Under the pieces are notes generated by a model. The model saw nothing but the letters and a program-made list of their open reading frames with translations, was not told the DNA's origin and ran no database searches. DNA of 64,000 nt, taken from IMG/VR virus record IMGVR_UViG_3300006752_006525, positions 33,320-97,319 of that record. One strand, written 5' to 3'. Positions 11,901 through 18,437 of this stretch are shown here, piece after piece (the first letter of the stretch is position 1; every line of letters starts with the position of its first letter). This DNA comes from a virus. The position numbers and the translations under genes were made by a program.

Positions 11901-12618
11901 AGGTGCTCACAATGGTACAGTTGGTGCAACAACACCAGCAACTGGTGCATTTACTACAATTAATGCTTCAGGTACAATTACTGGTGATGTAACTGGTGAT
12001 TTAACTGGTGACGTAACTGGTGATGTAACAGGTGATGTAACTGGTGATTTAACTGGTGATGTTACAGGTAGCATCAGTGGTGCAACTGGTACGTTTACAG
12101 GCGCAGTAAGTTTTGGTACATTAACAGATTCAGGTGAGAGCATTGCAATCACTAAGTTTGTTGATGAAGCAGATGGCATTGGCAACAACGACAATGACAC
12201 TACTATTCCAACTTCAGCGGCAGTTGTTGATTATGTTGCAACAAATGGTGGTGACGGACTATTACTTAGACAAGCATTGACATCAGGTAGTGCAACTATC
12301 GATACAAGTGCTATGCCTAACATTAGTAGCAGAACTTACTATGCACAAAAAATTGTAATTAAGATTGGAACAGCATTTAGTGGCGGTTCTTTCAACCATA
12401 TTCTTGTTAAAGAGAATGGTGGTAGTGGAACAGTATTAGTAGCGGCTGATGACGCAGATGCGGCAACAGCAGGTACTTACATCATCGAGTTAGATGGTGA
12501 TGCGGCACTTACAAAGAATGCGGCTGTACAAGTACAGTTCATGCAGGCAGACAGTAGCACAGCGGCTACAACTACTGCAGGTTCAGGTACAATCTCAGTA
12601 CATTACAACTATGTCTAA
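8989..12618 (+). CDS. repetitive fibre/structural protein, 1209 aa
   Basis: SYGSSTAIP..TVDA.GR.T units shared with the 3015 protein, TGDV tetrapeptide runs, internal ~190-aa duplication. Confidence 0.8.
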   Translation: MADIKNFGIKGLSSDVQLGKGGGKVKYDSSNNRFDLTQSDGSTLENLRLGAITAGAWTATAIGTQYGGLGLDGSSSTGIATFSSGTASIGTIDLSDSGLVDASSQLPVAQGGTGASTAGGARTNLGLGSIATQDSNNVAITGGALDSTVIGGSTAAAGSFTTINASGAITGNLTGTADDADGLSSAVTVGLSGDATGTATFQDAGDTATISTTLATVNSDVGSYGSSTAIPVLTVNAKGLVTAVSTASISTSWTISDGSNTSSIDGGDTLTVSGTANEVDVVVSGDSLTIGLPNDVTIGNNLTVTGSFLSDDITAAQVSVAGDAVITGNLTVQGTQTTVNSTTVETADAIFRVNSNGTTGTDVGFEANVGGTAKQIVYTGAGSKWSVGSETFVAATFEGDVTGDVTGDVTGNVTGNLTGDVTGDVTGDVTGNADTATTLANARTITIDGDVDATATAFDGSQNITLTTTLDNTGVTAASYGSASLVPVLTIDAKGRVTSASTAAITTSFTLAGDTGTQLVEGGDTATIAGGTNITTVASATDTLTVNLDPNISLTNVTTSGGIFTDDIYEQTTNAGITFGHDVNGGAATFSGTVTGGTLTDGTLSASSGAITGATTITASGAITGGSLTDGTATLSSGALTGATNGTFSGTVTGGTLTDGTLSASSGAITGATNITASGTVQYGSLSDGSITVTGFVDEDNMASDSATLIPTQQSVKAYVDAVATAADLDFQGDDATALSIDLDSEVLTIAGGTGLTTAGSGNTLTVNLDNTAVSAGSYGSSTAIPTFTVDAQGRITNASTAAISTSWTLSDGSNTQTIDGGDTLTVSGTTGEVDVAVSATDTLTIGLPSDVTIGNDLTVTNDLTVSGTLNSDDITSATVSVSGDAVISGNLTVNGTQTIVNSTTVQTEDAIFRTNSGGANTDAGFEANTASGVKQILYTAAGTEWDFGSENVKASTFEGNLTGDVTGDTTGAHNGTVGATTPATGAFTTINASGTITGDVTGDLTGDVTGDVTGDVTGDLTGDVTGSISGATGTFTGAVSFGTLTDSGESIAITKFVDEADGIGNNDNDTTIPTSAAVVDYVATNGGDGLLLRQALTSGSATIDTSAMPNISSRTYYAQKIVIKIGTAFSGGSFNHILVKENGGSGTVLVAADDADAATAGTYIIELDGDAALTKNAAVQVQFMQADSSTAATTTAGSGTISVHYNYV
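10183..10281 (+). repeat. 12-bp tandem repeat (ACTGGTGATGTA-like) encoding (TGDV)n
   Basis: About 8 near-identical units visible directly. Confidence 0.9.
11981..12068 (+). repeat. second 12-bp tandem repeat encoding (TGDV/L)n
   Basis: About 7 units visible directly. Confidence 0.9.
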
Positions 12619-12634
12619 TTAATTTTAGATAACT

Positions 12635-12664
12635 AAAAAGGGCAGTTTAACTGCCCTTTTTTTT
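12635..12664. terminator. bidirectional rho-independent terminator
   Basis: AAAAA-GGGCAG-TTTAA-CTGCCC-TTTTTTTT between convergent genes (12618 + and 12668 -). Confidence 0.88.
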
Positions 12665-12667
12665 GAC

Positions 12668-12817
12668 TTAAGGATAGAAAGGATTATCTGTGATATACTT
12701 AGGCCACTCTGTTCTTTTCTCCACAGTGGGGAAACTCAAAGTTGACACTCTTTTTACTTTCTTAAGTTGTTTTTGTACAGCACGTCGAACGAGTACTGTC
12801 TCTTGATACTTAGTCAT
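12668..12817 (-). CDS. 49-aa basic peptide under tandem glutamine riboswitch (MTKYQETVLVRRAVQKQLKKVKRVSTLSFPTVEKRTEWPKYITDNPFYP), not in ORF track
   Basis: AGGAG RBS 6 nt before ATG; open frame to TAA immediately before the terminator. Confidence 0.8.
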   Translation of the reverse strand: MTKYQETVLVRRAVQKQLKKVKRVSTLSFPTVEKRTEWPKYITDNPFYP

Positions 12818-12838
12818 GTCATTCTCCTATCGGAAAAT

Positions 12839-12887
12839 GCGTTCCTTCGGCTTCATTGCCTACTTCCGTCCTTTACAGGATGAACGT
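12839..12887 (-). promoter_or_regulatory. glnA-class (glutamine-I) riboswitch aptamer 2
   Basis: ACGUUCA-UCCU(GUAA)AGGA-CGGAAGUA-GGC(AAUGAA)GCC-GAAGGAACGC. P1 CGUUC/GAACG, P2 with GNRA loop, E-loop GGAAGUA/GAA, P3. Matches the known glnA aptamer architecture. Confidence 0.85.
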
Positions 12888-12893
12888 AACAAT

Positions 12894-12943
12894 GCGTTCC
12901 TTCGTCACTATTGACTACTTCCGCCCAATGATTGGGTGAACGT
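12894..12943 (-). promoter_or_regulatory. glnA-class (glutamine-I) riboswitch aptamer 1
   Basis: ACGUUCA-CCCAA(UCA)UUGGG-CGGAAGUA-GUCA(AUAG)UGAC-GAAGGAACGC. Junctions are identical to copy 2 while the stems covary. Confidence 0.85.
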
Positions 12944-12949
12944 ATAAAA

Positions 12950-12957
12950 TATTTATC
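12950..12957 (-). promoter_or_regulatory. late promoter GATAAATA driving the riboswitch transcript
   Basis: Reverse-strand GATAAATA ends 6 nt before the first aptamer. Confidence 0.6.
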
Positions 12958-12961
12958 ACTT

Positions 12962-13288
12962 TTAGGATTCTAATTGTACGATTTTAATGGCTTCTTCTGT
13001 GCTATATGGACTTGATTCTGCCATTGGAGGCTTAGTTTCGTAGATGTTTTCATACTTTTCTACCATGTCAGCATTGATTTGTATGAATGGCTTTTCTGCT
13101 TCTGGCACATCAATCTCATCAAATATTGCATCAACAGGACATTCTGGTACACACAATCCACAATCAATACATTCATCTGGATCTATGACCAACATATTTG
13201 GTCCTTCATAAAAACAATCAACAGGACATACTTGAACGCAATGTGTGTCCTTACAGCCGACACAAGCACTAGTTACTACAAATGCCAT
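12962..13288 (-). CDS. fdxA: 7Fe (3Fe-4S/4Fe-4S) ferredoxin, FdxA type
   Basis: [43 protein letters not shown], the classic Azotobacter-type ferredoxin pattern. Confidence 0.92.
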   Translation of the reverse strand: MAFVVTSACVGCKDTHCVQVCPVDCFYEGPNMLVIDPDECIDCGLCVPECPVDAIFDEIDVPEAEKPFIQINADMVEKYENIYETKPPMAESSPYSTEEAIKIVQLES

Positions 13289-13289
13289 T

Positions 13290-13892
13290 TTACCCCTTTT
13301 GAAATTTTGGTTTTAAGTCTATATGATACGTGCAAGAAAATACCAGTGTTCTTTTATCTGATAAGTTTGGTGTCATGCCCCATGGAATATGACTTGGCCA
13401 AAACATTACCTTTGCTGGCTTACCTCTTTTAACAACATTGGATGGTGTCACTATAGGTGGCGTAGCCCAACGTTTGTCTCCAAAGTGTTCAAAGTAAACA
13501 CTTGAACTTTTATCTGCACTCTCATCTACATCGAGGAACACTAATGCTGAATACCATCTAAGTCTTTCAGCATTGAGTGGAAAATTATGTTTAGGATTAA
13601 TTGATATAAATTTACTATTAGCACAGGTTATATCTATTTGTGCTTGATTCAACTTATAGTAATCAAAAACTTGCTGGTGAAAAACGTTGCCAAGTATCTG
13701 TACTAGTTTCCTAGTCTTGTCAACTGTGTTGTTTTCTCCTGTGATAAATCCAAAGTTAGTTTCAATTCGAGGAAGTTTTGTATCTACCTCAGTAATAATA
13801 TCAGATATCATATTGCTATCTAATTCTAGTTGTCCATCAAAAACCAAGTCTGGAAACATAGGAGTAATATTCCACCCTAGCGATTTCCTCAT
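13290..13892 (-). CDS. 2OG-Fe(II) oxygenase-like (TIGR02466-like) protein, metal ligands apparently degenerate
   Basis: DSBH-like pattern (YSALVFL…MFWPS…[10 protein letters not shown]), but the expected His ligands are not evident. Confidence 0.5.
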   Translation of the reverse strand: MRKSLGWNITPMFPDLVFDGQLELDSNMISDIITEVDTKLPRIETNFGFITGENNTVDKTRKLVQILGNVFHQQVFDYYKLNQAQIDITCANSKFISINPKHNFPLNAERLRWYSALVFLDVDESADKSSSVYFEHFGDKRWATPPIVTPSNVVKRGKPAKVMFWPSHIPWGMTPNLSDKRTLVFSCTYHIDLKPKFQKG

Positions 13893-13922
13893 ACTACTAT
13901 TTACCGGCTGGCTTTAATATGC

Positions 13923-13950
13923 TTGACATATAATGAATGTACTGTATAAT
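13923..13950 (+). promoter_or_regulatory. sigma70-like promoter TTGACA-N16-TATAAT
   Basis: Consensus hexamers upstream of the lipoprotein gene. Confidence 0.75.
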
Positions 13951-13977
13951 ATAGTTTTTACACATAGTAGGTATGAA

Positions 13978-15417
13978 ATGAATAAGCATTGTTTATTGTT
14001 AGGTACAATATTATTAGCCAGTTGTGGAGGCGGAGGAACATCTCCTGCTGTTGGTTTGCAACCGTTAAATCCAACACCACCTGCACCAACACCACAATTC
14101 AAAGAAGATGCAGTAGTATTATCAAATCCCAATACATATTTTACACAAAGTTGTATGGAGCCAAACGTTCAATTTGTTTTGCCTACTAAACTTAACGGTG
14201 ATGAACATGTTGATTTCATAGTACACTATTGGTGTTCTGCTGATCCATGGGGTGACTCTAAACGTGAACCCACACCAGATACACTAGTAGCATGGGCAAG
14301 TAATGGACTAGGTGGATATGATGTTGTTAACTATGAAGTGTTTAATGATTCGTATCCAAAGATAGGCTCAGCAACAAGAAAAGTTTCTGTCAAAGACATC
14401 AACAATGATGGCTTACCCGACTTTGCATTTGCTACAAACATGGAAGATGGTAGAGCAACAGGTGGTCCAGATAACCAAGAAGATGCATTGAGCAATGGTG
14501 CCTACCCTGCTATCCTATTAAGTTCTGCTGATTACAAATACACAGTCCACACTATGGGAGAAATTGATTGGGGACATGCTGTAGACTTTGCACCCAACGG
14601 TGATGCAGTTTTTGCTGGTTACTTATGGACAGCAGAGCAACAGGCATTTAGATTACAAGACAGTTCTTTTGTAGATGTATCTGATCAATATCCAGTTGTG
14701 CAAGGTAACTCGTTTAGGTTTGGTGCAGAATTGTTAGTAAACACTAACCGATTGGAAAGTGGTAATCACTCAATTGAATTATACAACGGAAAAGAACTTT
14801 TACATGTGTGGGAAAGGCCTACATTGTTTGAAGTAGATATAGACAACCAAATGTATCCAGTATCAGATATCAATGGTAGAAAAGCAGTTGGTGGAACAGT
14901 GCCTGAGATATGTGTAATGGACTACAACGGCAAAGAAACATTTGTGATGTCTGTGCTGTCTAGTCAATTAGTATCCGGTGAGGACTTACAGGAAGATTAT
15001 TACTACACCAACAGCGAATTTCTAAACGCATTACGCATTGAATTCTTCCAAGTAGAGAACAATCAATTAATAAGGATTGCAGACCCAATTGATGTAGAGT
15101 TAGACACAGCAGACTTCAACTTTATGGTGTGTGATGATATCAATGGTGACGGATTAGATGATTTGCAAATACAAAAACACAGTAATCGCATTGACAATGA
15201 CAGAGATACAGGCGGTATACCTGACGTTTTATTGCAATCTTCTAGTGGTATGAACTATGTAAACACCACAGAATGGCCACAATACAGCAGTAAAAACATG
15301 TCTACTTGGGGTATGTTACTGGATGTAAATGCTGATGGATACAGTGATCTCATGCTGTGGGAAGAAGCAGTAGACTTGGGCGATATAGAAATATATTTAG
15401 GAAACAAAGACTTATAA
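13978..15417 (+). CDS. lipoprotein with FG-GAP/VCBS-like Ca-binding repeats
   Basis: Signal peptide II with lipobox (MNKHCLLLGTILLAS-CGGGG), Pro-rich linker, DINNDGLPD/DINGDGLDD/DVNADGYSD repeats. Start reassigned to ATG 13978. Confidence 0.75.
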   Translation: MNKHCLLLGTILLASCGGGGTSPAVGLQPLNPTPPAPTPQFKEDAVVLSNPNTYFTQSCMEPNVQFVLPTKLNGDEHVDFIVHYWCSADPWGDSKREPTPDTLVAWASNGLGGYDVVNYEVFNDSYPKIGSATRKVSVKDINNDGLPDFAFATNMEDGRATGGPDNQEDALSNGAYPAILLSSADYKYTVHTMGEIDWGHAVDFAPNGDAVFAGYLWTAEQQAFRLQDSSFVDVSDQYPVVQGNSFRFGAELLVNTNRLESGNHSIELYNGKELLHVWERPTLFEVDIDNQMYPVSDINGRKAVGGTVPEICVMDYNGKETFVMSVLSSQLVSGEDLQEDYYYTNSEFLNALRIEFFQVENNQLIRIADPIDVELDTADFNFMVCDDINGDGLDDLQIQKHSNRIDNDRDTGGIPDVLLQSSSGMNYVNTTEWPQYSSKNMSTWGMLLDVNADGYSDLMLWEEAVDLGDIEIYLGNKDL

Positions 15418-15420
15418 AAA

Positions 15421-15481
15421 GGTTGACAAATATGCAAAATTTGCTATACTATATACATAGTTAGGAAATAGGAAACAGGAG
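15421..15481 (+). promoter_or_regulatory. early promoter cassette GGTTGACA-N16-TATACT plus leader ATAGTTAGGAAATAGGA
   Basis: Near-identical copies at 16761 and 41685; related copies at 42943 and 44504. Confidence 0.8.
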
Positions 15482-15487
15482 TTAAGT

Positions 15488-15799
15488 ATGTATATTTTAG
15501 AAAACAAAACAAACGGTTCGGTCTTTGGTGCAAAGAGTTATTACATCAAGTCTGAATTTTCAACAGCGGCGGCGGCTAAAGCGGCTTTAACCAGATACAC
15601 TAAGAAGTATGCTGATCATGACTACATCAACTTTGATCCAGAGAACTTCAAGGTAACTGCTTGGGCTGATTATGATGAGCCTCAAGTTACTAGAACTGCA
15701 AGGTTCCCAGGTACTGGTGAAGAGAGAACTTACACAATTGGTATCAATAGTGTTGGTACTTGTGTAGACCCAGCAACAGAAACTTACTGGAGTATGTAA
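15488..15799 (+). CDS. early hypothetical protein
   Basis: RBS and early promoter; C-terminal CVDPATETYWSM. Confidence 0.7.
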   Translation: MYILENKTNGSVFGAKSYYIKSEFSTAAAAKAALTRYTKKYADHDYINFDPENFKVTAWADYDEPQVTRTARFPGTGEERTYTIGINSVGTCVDPATETYWSM

Positions 15800-15805
15800 T
15801 CAAGA

Positions 15806-15882
15806 GCGGCTGTAGCTCAGTTGGATAGAGTATGTGGCTACGAACCACAAGGTCGGGAGTTCGAATCTTCCCAGCCGCGCCA
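15806..15882 (+). tRNA. tRNA-Arg(ACG)
   Basis: GCGGCTG/CAGCCGC acceptor stem, D arm, loop CTACGAA, TTCGAAT T-loop, encoded CCA. Confidence 0.93.
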
Positions 15883-15893
15883 AGAGGAAATGT

Positions 15894-16511
15894 ATGGTAG
15901 TTAAAAACAACAAAATTATTCTCACAGATTGTGATGGAGTCCTACTCGATTGGGAGGAGGGCTTTTCTGTTTGGATGGAACATCACGGACATGAAAAGGT
16001 AGAAGGCTATCAATACATGTATAACATTGGTGATAGGTATGGTATCACTAAAGAACAAGGTAAGAAGTCTATCAAGACATTCAATGAGAGTGCCGCCATT
16101 GGCTTCTTACCTCCCCTCAGAGATGCACAATACTATGTGAAGTTACTTGCTGAAAAACATCAGTATAGGTTTGTTGTGCTCACAAGTCTCAGTTTAGATC
16201 CTTATGCAAAAGAACTGAGAATCAGAAACCTAAACAAAATATTCGGCGACATATTCTTAGACGTCATTTGTTTAGACACAGGTGCAGACAAAGATGAAGC
16301 ACTGGACCAACTTGCTCAAAAGTACCAAGGTAACTATTGGGTTGAAGATAAACCTGAGAATGTTATGGCTGGTGTAGACAGAGGCTTTACAGGTATTCTC
16401 ATAGAGCATGGACATAACATGGGTTGGGAAGATACCTTTGTTGCTAAGAAGTGGGAAGATATCTACAATCTTGTAACAAGGAATGAAAAGCAAGAAGACT
16501 ACTCTCGGTAA
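15894..16511 (+). CDS. HAD-family 5'(3')-nucleotidase-like phosphatase
   Basis: ILTDCDGVLLDW motif I and WVEDKPEN motif IV. Start moved to 15894 because 15834 lies inside the tRNA. Confidence 0.8.
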   Translation: MVVKNNKIILTDCDGVLLDWEEGFSVWMEHHGHEKVEGYQYMYNIGDRYGITKEQGKKSIKTFNESAAIGFLPPLRDAQYYVKLLAEKHQYRFVVLTSLSLDPYAKELRIRNLNKIFGDIFLDVICLDTGADKDEALDQLAQKYQGNYWVEDKPENVMAGVDRGFTGILIEHGHNMGWEDTFVAKKWEDIYNLVTRNEKQEDYSR

Positions 16512-16740
16512 GTATCTCAAGTTTAGATTACCCACTGGAGGTGCAGGGTTGCCAGCTCAAATGCACAAGAACAAAATAGCAAAATGTGTAAGAGGTTACA
16601 CAGAACCAGTTGGTATAGATGTTAAATTTGAAACAGAAGGGTACACATTGAACGTGTATTTTGAATCAAATACGGATTTAGCACAGTTTTTATTGCTATA
16701 CAGCAACGAATACGGCAAACCCAGTGTGCTAAGTTATTGA
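16483..16740 (+). CDS. hypothetical protein
   Basis: Overlapping-operon ORF. Confidence 0.55.
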   Translation: MKSKKTTLGKYLKFRLPTGGAGLPAQMHKNKIAKCVRGYTEPVGIDVKFETEGYTLNVYFESNTDLAQFLLLYSNEYGKPSVLSY

Positions 16741-16760
16741 TTTTATTAGAGAAAAAAACC

Positions 16761-16814
16761 GGTTGACAATACACAGAAATTTGCTATACTATATGCATAG
16801 TTAGGAAATAGGAG
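16761..16814 (+). promoter_or_regulatory. early promoter cassette (TTGACA-N16-TATACT, leader ATAGTTAGGAAATAGGAG)
   Basis: Near-duplicate of the 15421 cassette. Confidence 0.8.
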
Positions 16815-16820
16815 AGCAGA

Positions 16821-17486
16821 ATGAAATTCCCAGTAATAGAAGTTATATCAACGTCTGTAGCAATACACAAAATGAATGGTGGCTTTGTAAAGACACATAA
16901 TCTTCGTGAGGAAGATGAGAGCAAAACACCAAACAGCAAATTGCTATATTCTTATTTCCTTGATTCAAAGAAGAAGCCTGATGTAACAATCACTCAGGAT
17001 GACACTAACAAGGCTATGGAGATCATTGAGTATCTCAAAGGCTTAGGCTTCAAAGCAATTGAGCGTAAGCTCACAGATTTTGAGAGCAATGTTCTCAAAT
17101 TGGTCACTGCCGAAGAGATTGGCAAAGACAAGATTGGTATTGCCGCTAGTTTACCTAAGGTATACCAAAACAAACTTGATCAAGATACTTGGTCTGTACG
17201 TGAGAACGAACTTGCTAACCAAAGTGAATTCGAGGGCGAGTTGCACAAAAGAGGTAACTTTGAACTCACAGTTGAGAACGTGAGGTACATTGCTTCAGTT
17301 GGTAGCACACTGTTCTGCACTTGCTCATCTAAGGGCAACATTGTCAAGTTCTTTAATGACAATGAACGCAAAATCAAAGTGGGCGACAAGATTCATGTTA
17401 CAGGTTACATCAAGTCTCATGAAGAAAGCAAGTATCATGGCGGTAAGGAAACTATGATCAATCGTATAAAATATTGCGATAAGTAA
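16821..17486 (+). CDS. early protein with possible C-terminal OB-fold
   Basis: C-terminal KVGDKIHVTGYIKSH…KETMINRIK resembles OB-fold strands. Confidence 0.55.
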   Translation: MKFPVIEVISTSVAIHKMNGGFVKTHNLREEDESKTPNSKLLYSYFLDSKKKPDVTITQDDTNKAMEIIEYLKGLGFKAIERKLTDFESNVLKLVTAEEIGKDKIGIAASLPKVYQNKLDQDTWSVRENELANQSEFEGELHKRGNFELTVENVRYIASVGSTLFCTCSSKGNIVKFFNDNERKIKVGDKIHVTGYIKSHEESKYHGGKETMINRIKYCDK

Positions 17487-17496
17487 AAATTTCCGG

Positions 17497-17524
17497 TTGA
17501 CACATAGTACAGTTCCTGTATAAT
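17497..17524 (+). promoter_or_regulatory. sigma70-like promoter TTGACA-N16-TATAAT
   Basis: Consensus hexamers upstream of the peptidase and tRNA array. Confidence 0.75.
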
Positions 17525-17553
17525 TAACAAATATTCACAAGAGGTATTCAACC

Positions 17554-17973
17554 TTGAACATTGGCATTGAAGGTCCACGAGGCGGTAAAGTTGATTTAGG
17601 TTTACAGGCGTATGCTACTCTGGCTGTACGCAGTTTTGCCCAGCAACTTGGCATTAGCCGTTTGAAGACAAACATTGTGGTGCGTTTGCACAACAGGATT
17701 CATGTTGGTGACTTTGGTACTGAAGGTTTATGCGAGAGCATCGACAATCGTAATTTTGTAATTGATGTTGCTCTGTTTGGCAACTGGCTGAGCATACTTG
17801 CACACGAAATGGTGCATGTAAAACAGTTTGCTCGTGATGAGATGGACGCAGGTCTTACTCGTTGGAAGAGCAACCACTATGCAGGCAACATTGATTATTG
17901 GGACCAGCCCTGGGAGAAAGAGGCTCGTAAATTGCAACACAAGATGGTTGCAGAATTTGACAAACTAGATTAA
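17554..17973 (+). CDS. small zincin-like metallopeptidase
   Basis: LAHEMVHVKQ (HExxH) and downstream PWEKEA glutamate motif; TTG start. Confidence 0.75.
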   Translation: MNIGIEGPRGGKVDLGLQAYATLAVRSFAQQLGISRLKTNIVVRLHNRIHVGDFGTEGLCESIDNRNFVIDVALFGNWLSILAHEMVHVKQFARDEMDAGLTRWKSNHYAGNIDYWDQPWEKEARKLQHKMVAEFDKLD

Positions 17974-17979
17974 GTTTAT

Positions 17980-18056
17980 GCGCCTGTAGCTCAACCGGAT
18001 AGAGCATCGGCCTTCTAAGCCGAGGGTTGCAAGTTCGAGTCTTGCCAGGCGTGCCA
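17980..18056 (+). tRNA. tRNA-Arg(TCT)
   Basis: GCGCCTG/CAGGCGT stem, loop CTTCTAA, TTCGAGT T-loop, CCA. Confidence 0.93.
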
Positions 18057-18260
18057 AAGAAGTGAGTGAGTTGAAAACAGTAGACTGCATTCACATAAAG
18101 TGTAGTAAAAGTTAAGAAGAGGGTAATAGTTAGAGGGCAAGAAAGGACGGCTAGTTGGCGGTGGCAAGAGAAGACCACAGGAGTTTAGATTTAGTCGTGA
18201 TGTGCAATAACCTATCATACAGGTTGCGGGGTCCTTTCGATTATTTTGTAAAAAGTATAT

Positions 18261-18348
18261 GCCTGAGTGGTGAAATTGGTAGACACAAGGGACTTAAAAT
18301 CCCTCGCCTGTAATGGGTGTGCCGGTTCGAGTCCGGCCTCAGGTACCA
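18261..18348 (+). tRNA. tRNA-Leu(TAA)
   Basis: Long variable arm, loop CTTAAAA, GGTTCGAGTCC, CCA. Confidence 0.93.
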
Positions 18349-18357
18349 TTTTAATTA

Positions 18358-18434
18358 GGGCCCTTAGCTCAGTTGGTTAGAGCATCCGACTCATAATCGG
18401 CAGGTCGTTGGTTCAAATCCAACAGGGCCCACCA
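18358..18434 (+). tRNA. tRNA with CAT anticodon, most likely Ile2 (lysidine) type
   Basis: GGGCCCT/AGGGCCC stem, loop CTCATAA. Body resembles bacterial tRNA-Ile2; lacks the initiator C1:A72 mismatch and GGG/CCC anticodon stem. Confidence 0.85.
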
Positions 18435-18437
18435 ACT

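Noticed and set aside
3626-12200. Many minus-strand ORFs inside the fibre genes (e.g. 8162-8764, 8925-9497)
   Set aside because: Antisense shadows of repetitive Gly/Thr/Ser-coding frames; no RBS or promoter support
12839-12943. Inferring a cyanobacterial host from the glnA riboswitch
   Set aside because: No photosynthesis or other cyanophage marker genes in the window; the FdxA-type ferredoxin and PsiE look proteobacterial; host left undetermined
12836-12945. Direct repeat read as a mini-CRISPR array or recombination site
   Set aside because: Only two units with almost no spacer. Differences are confined to covarying stems, which fits tandem aptamers. No cas genes in the window.
15834-15893. 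N-terminal extension of the HAD phosphatase in the ORF track
   Set aside because: Lies inside tRNA-Arg(ACG); ATG 15894 has a GAGG RBS
17855-18218. Minus-strand ORFs 17855-18178 and 18015-18218
   Set aside because: Antisense to a tRNA and the peptidase; typical tRNA shadow translation
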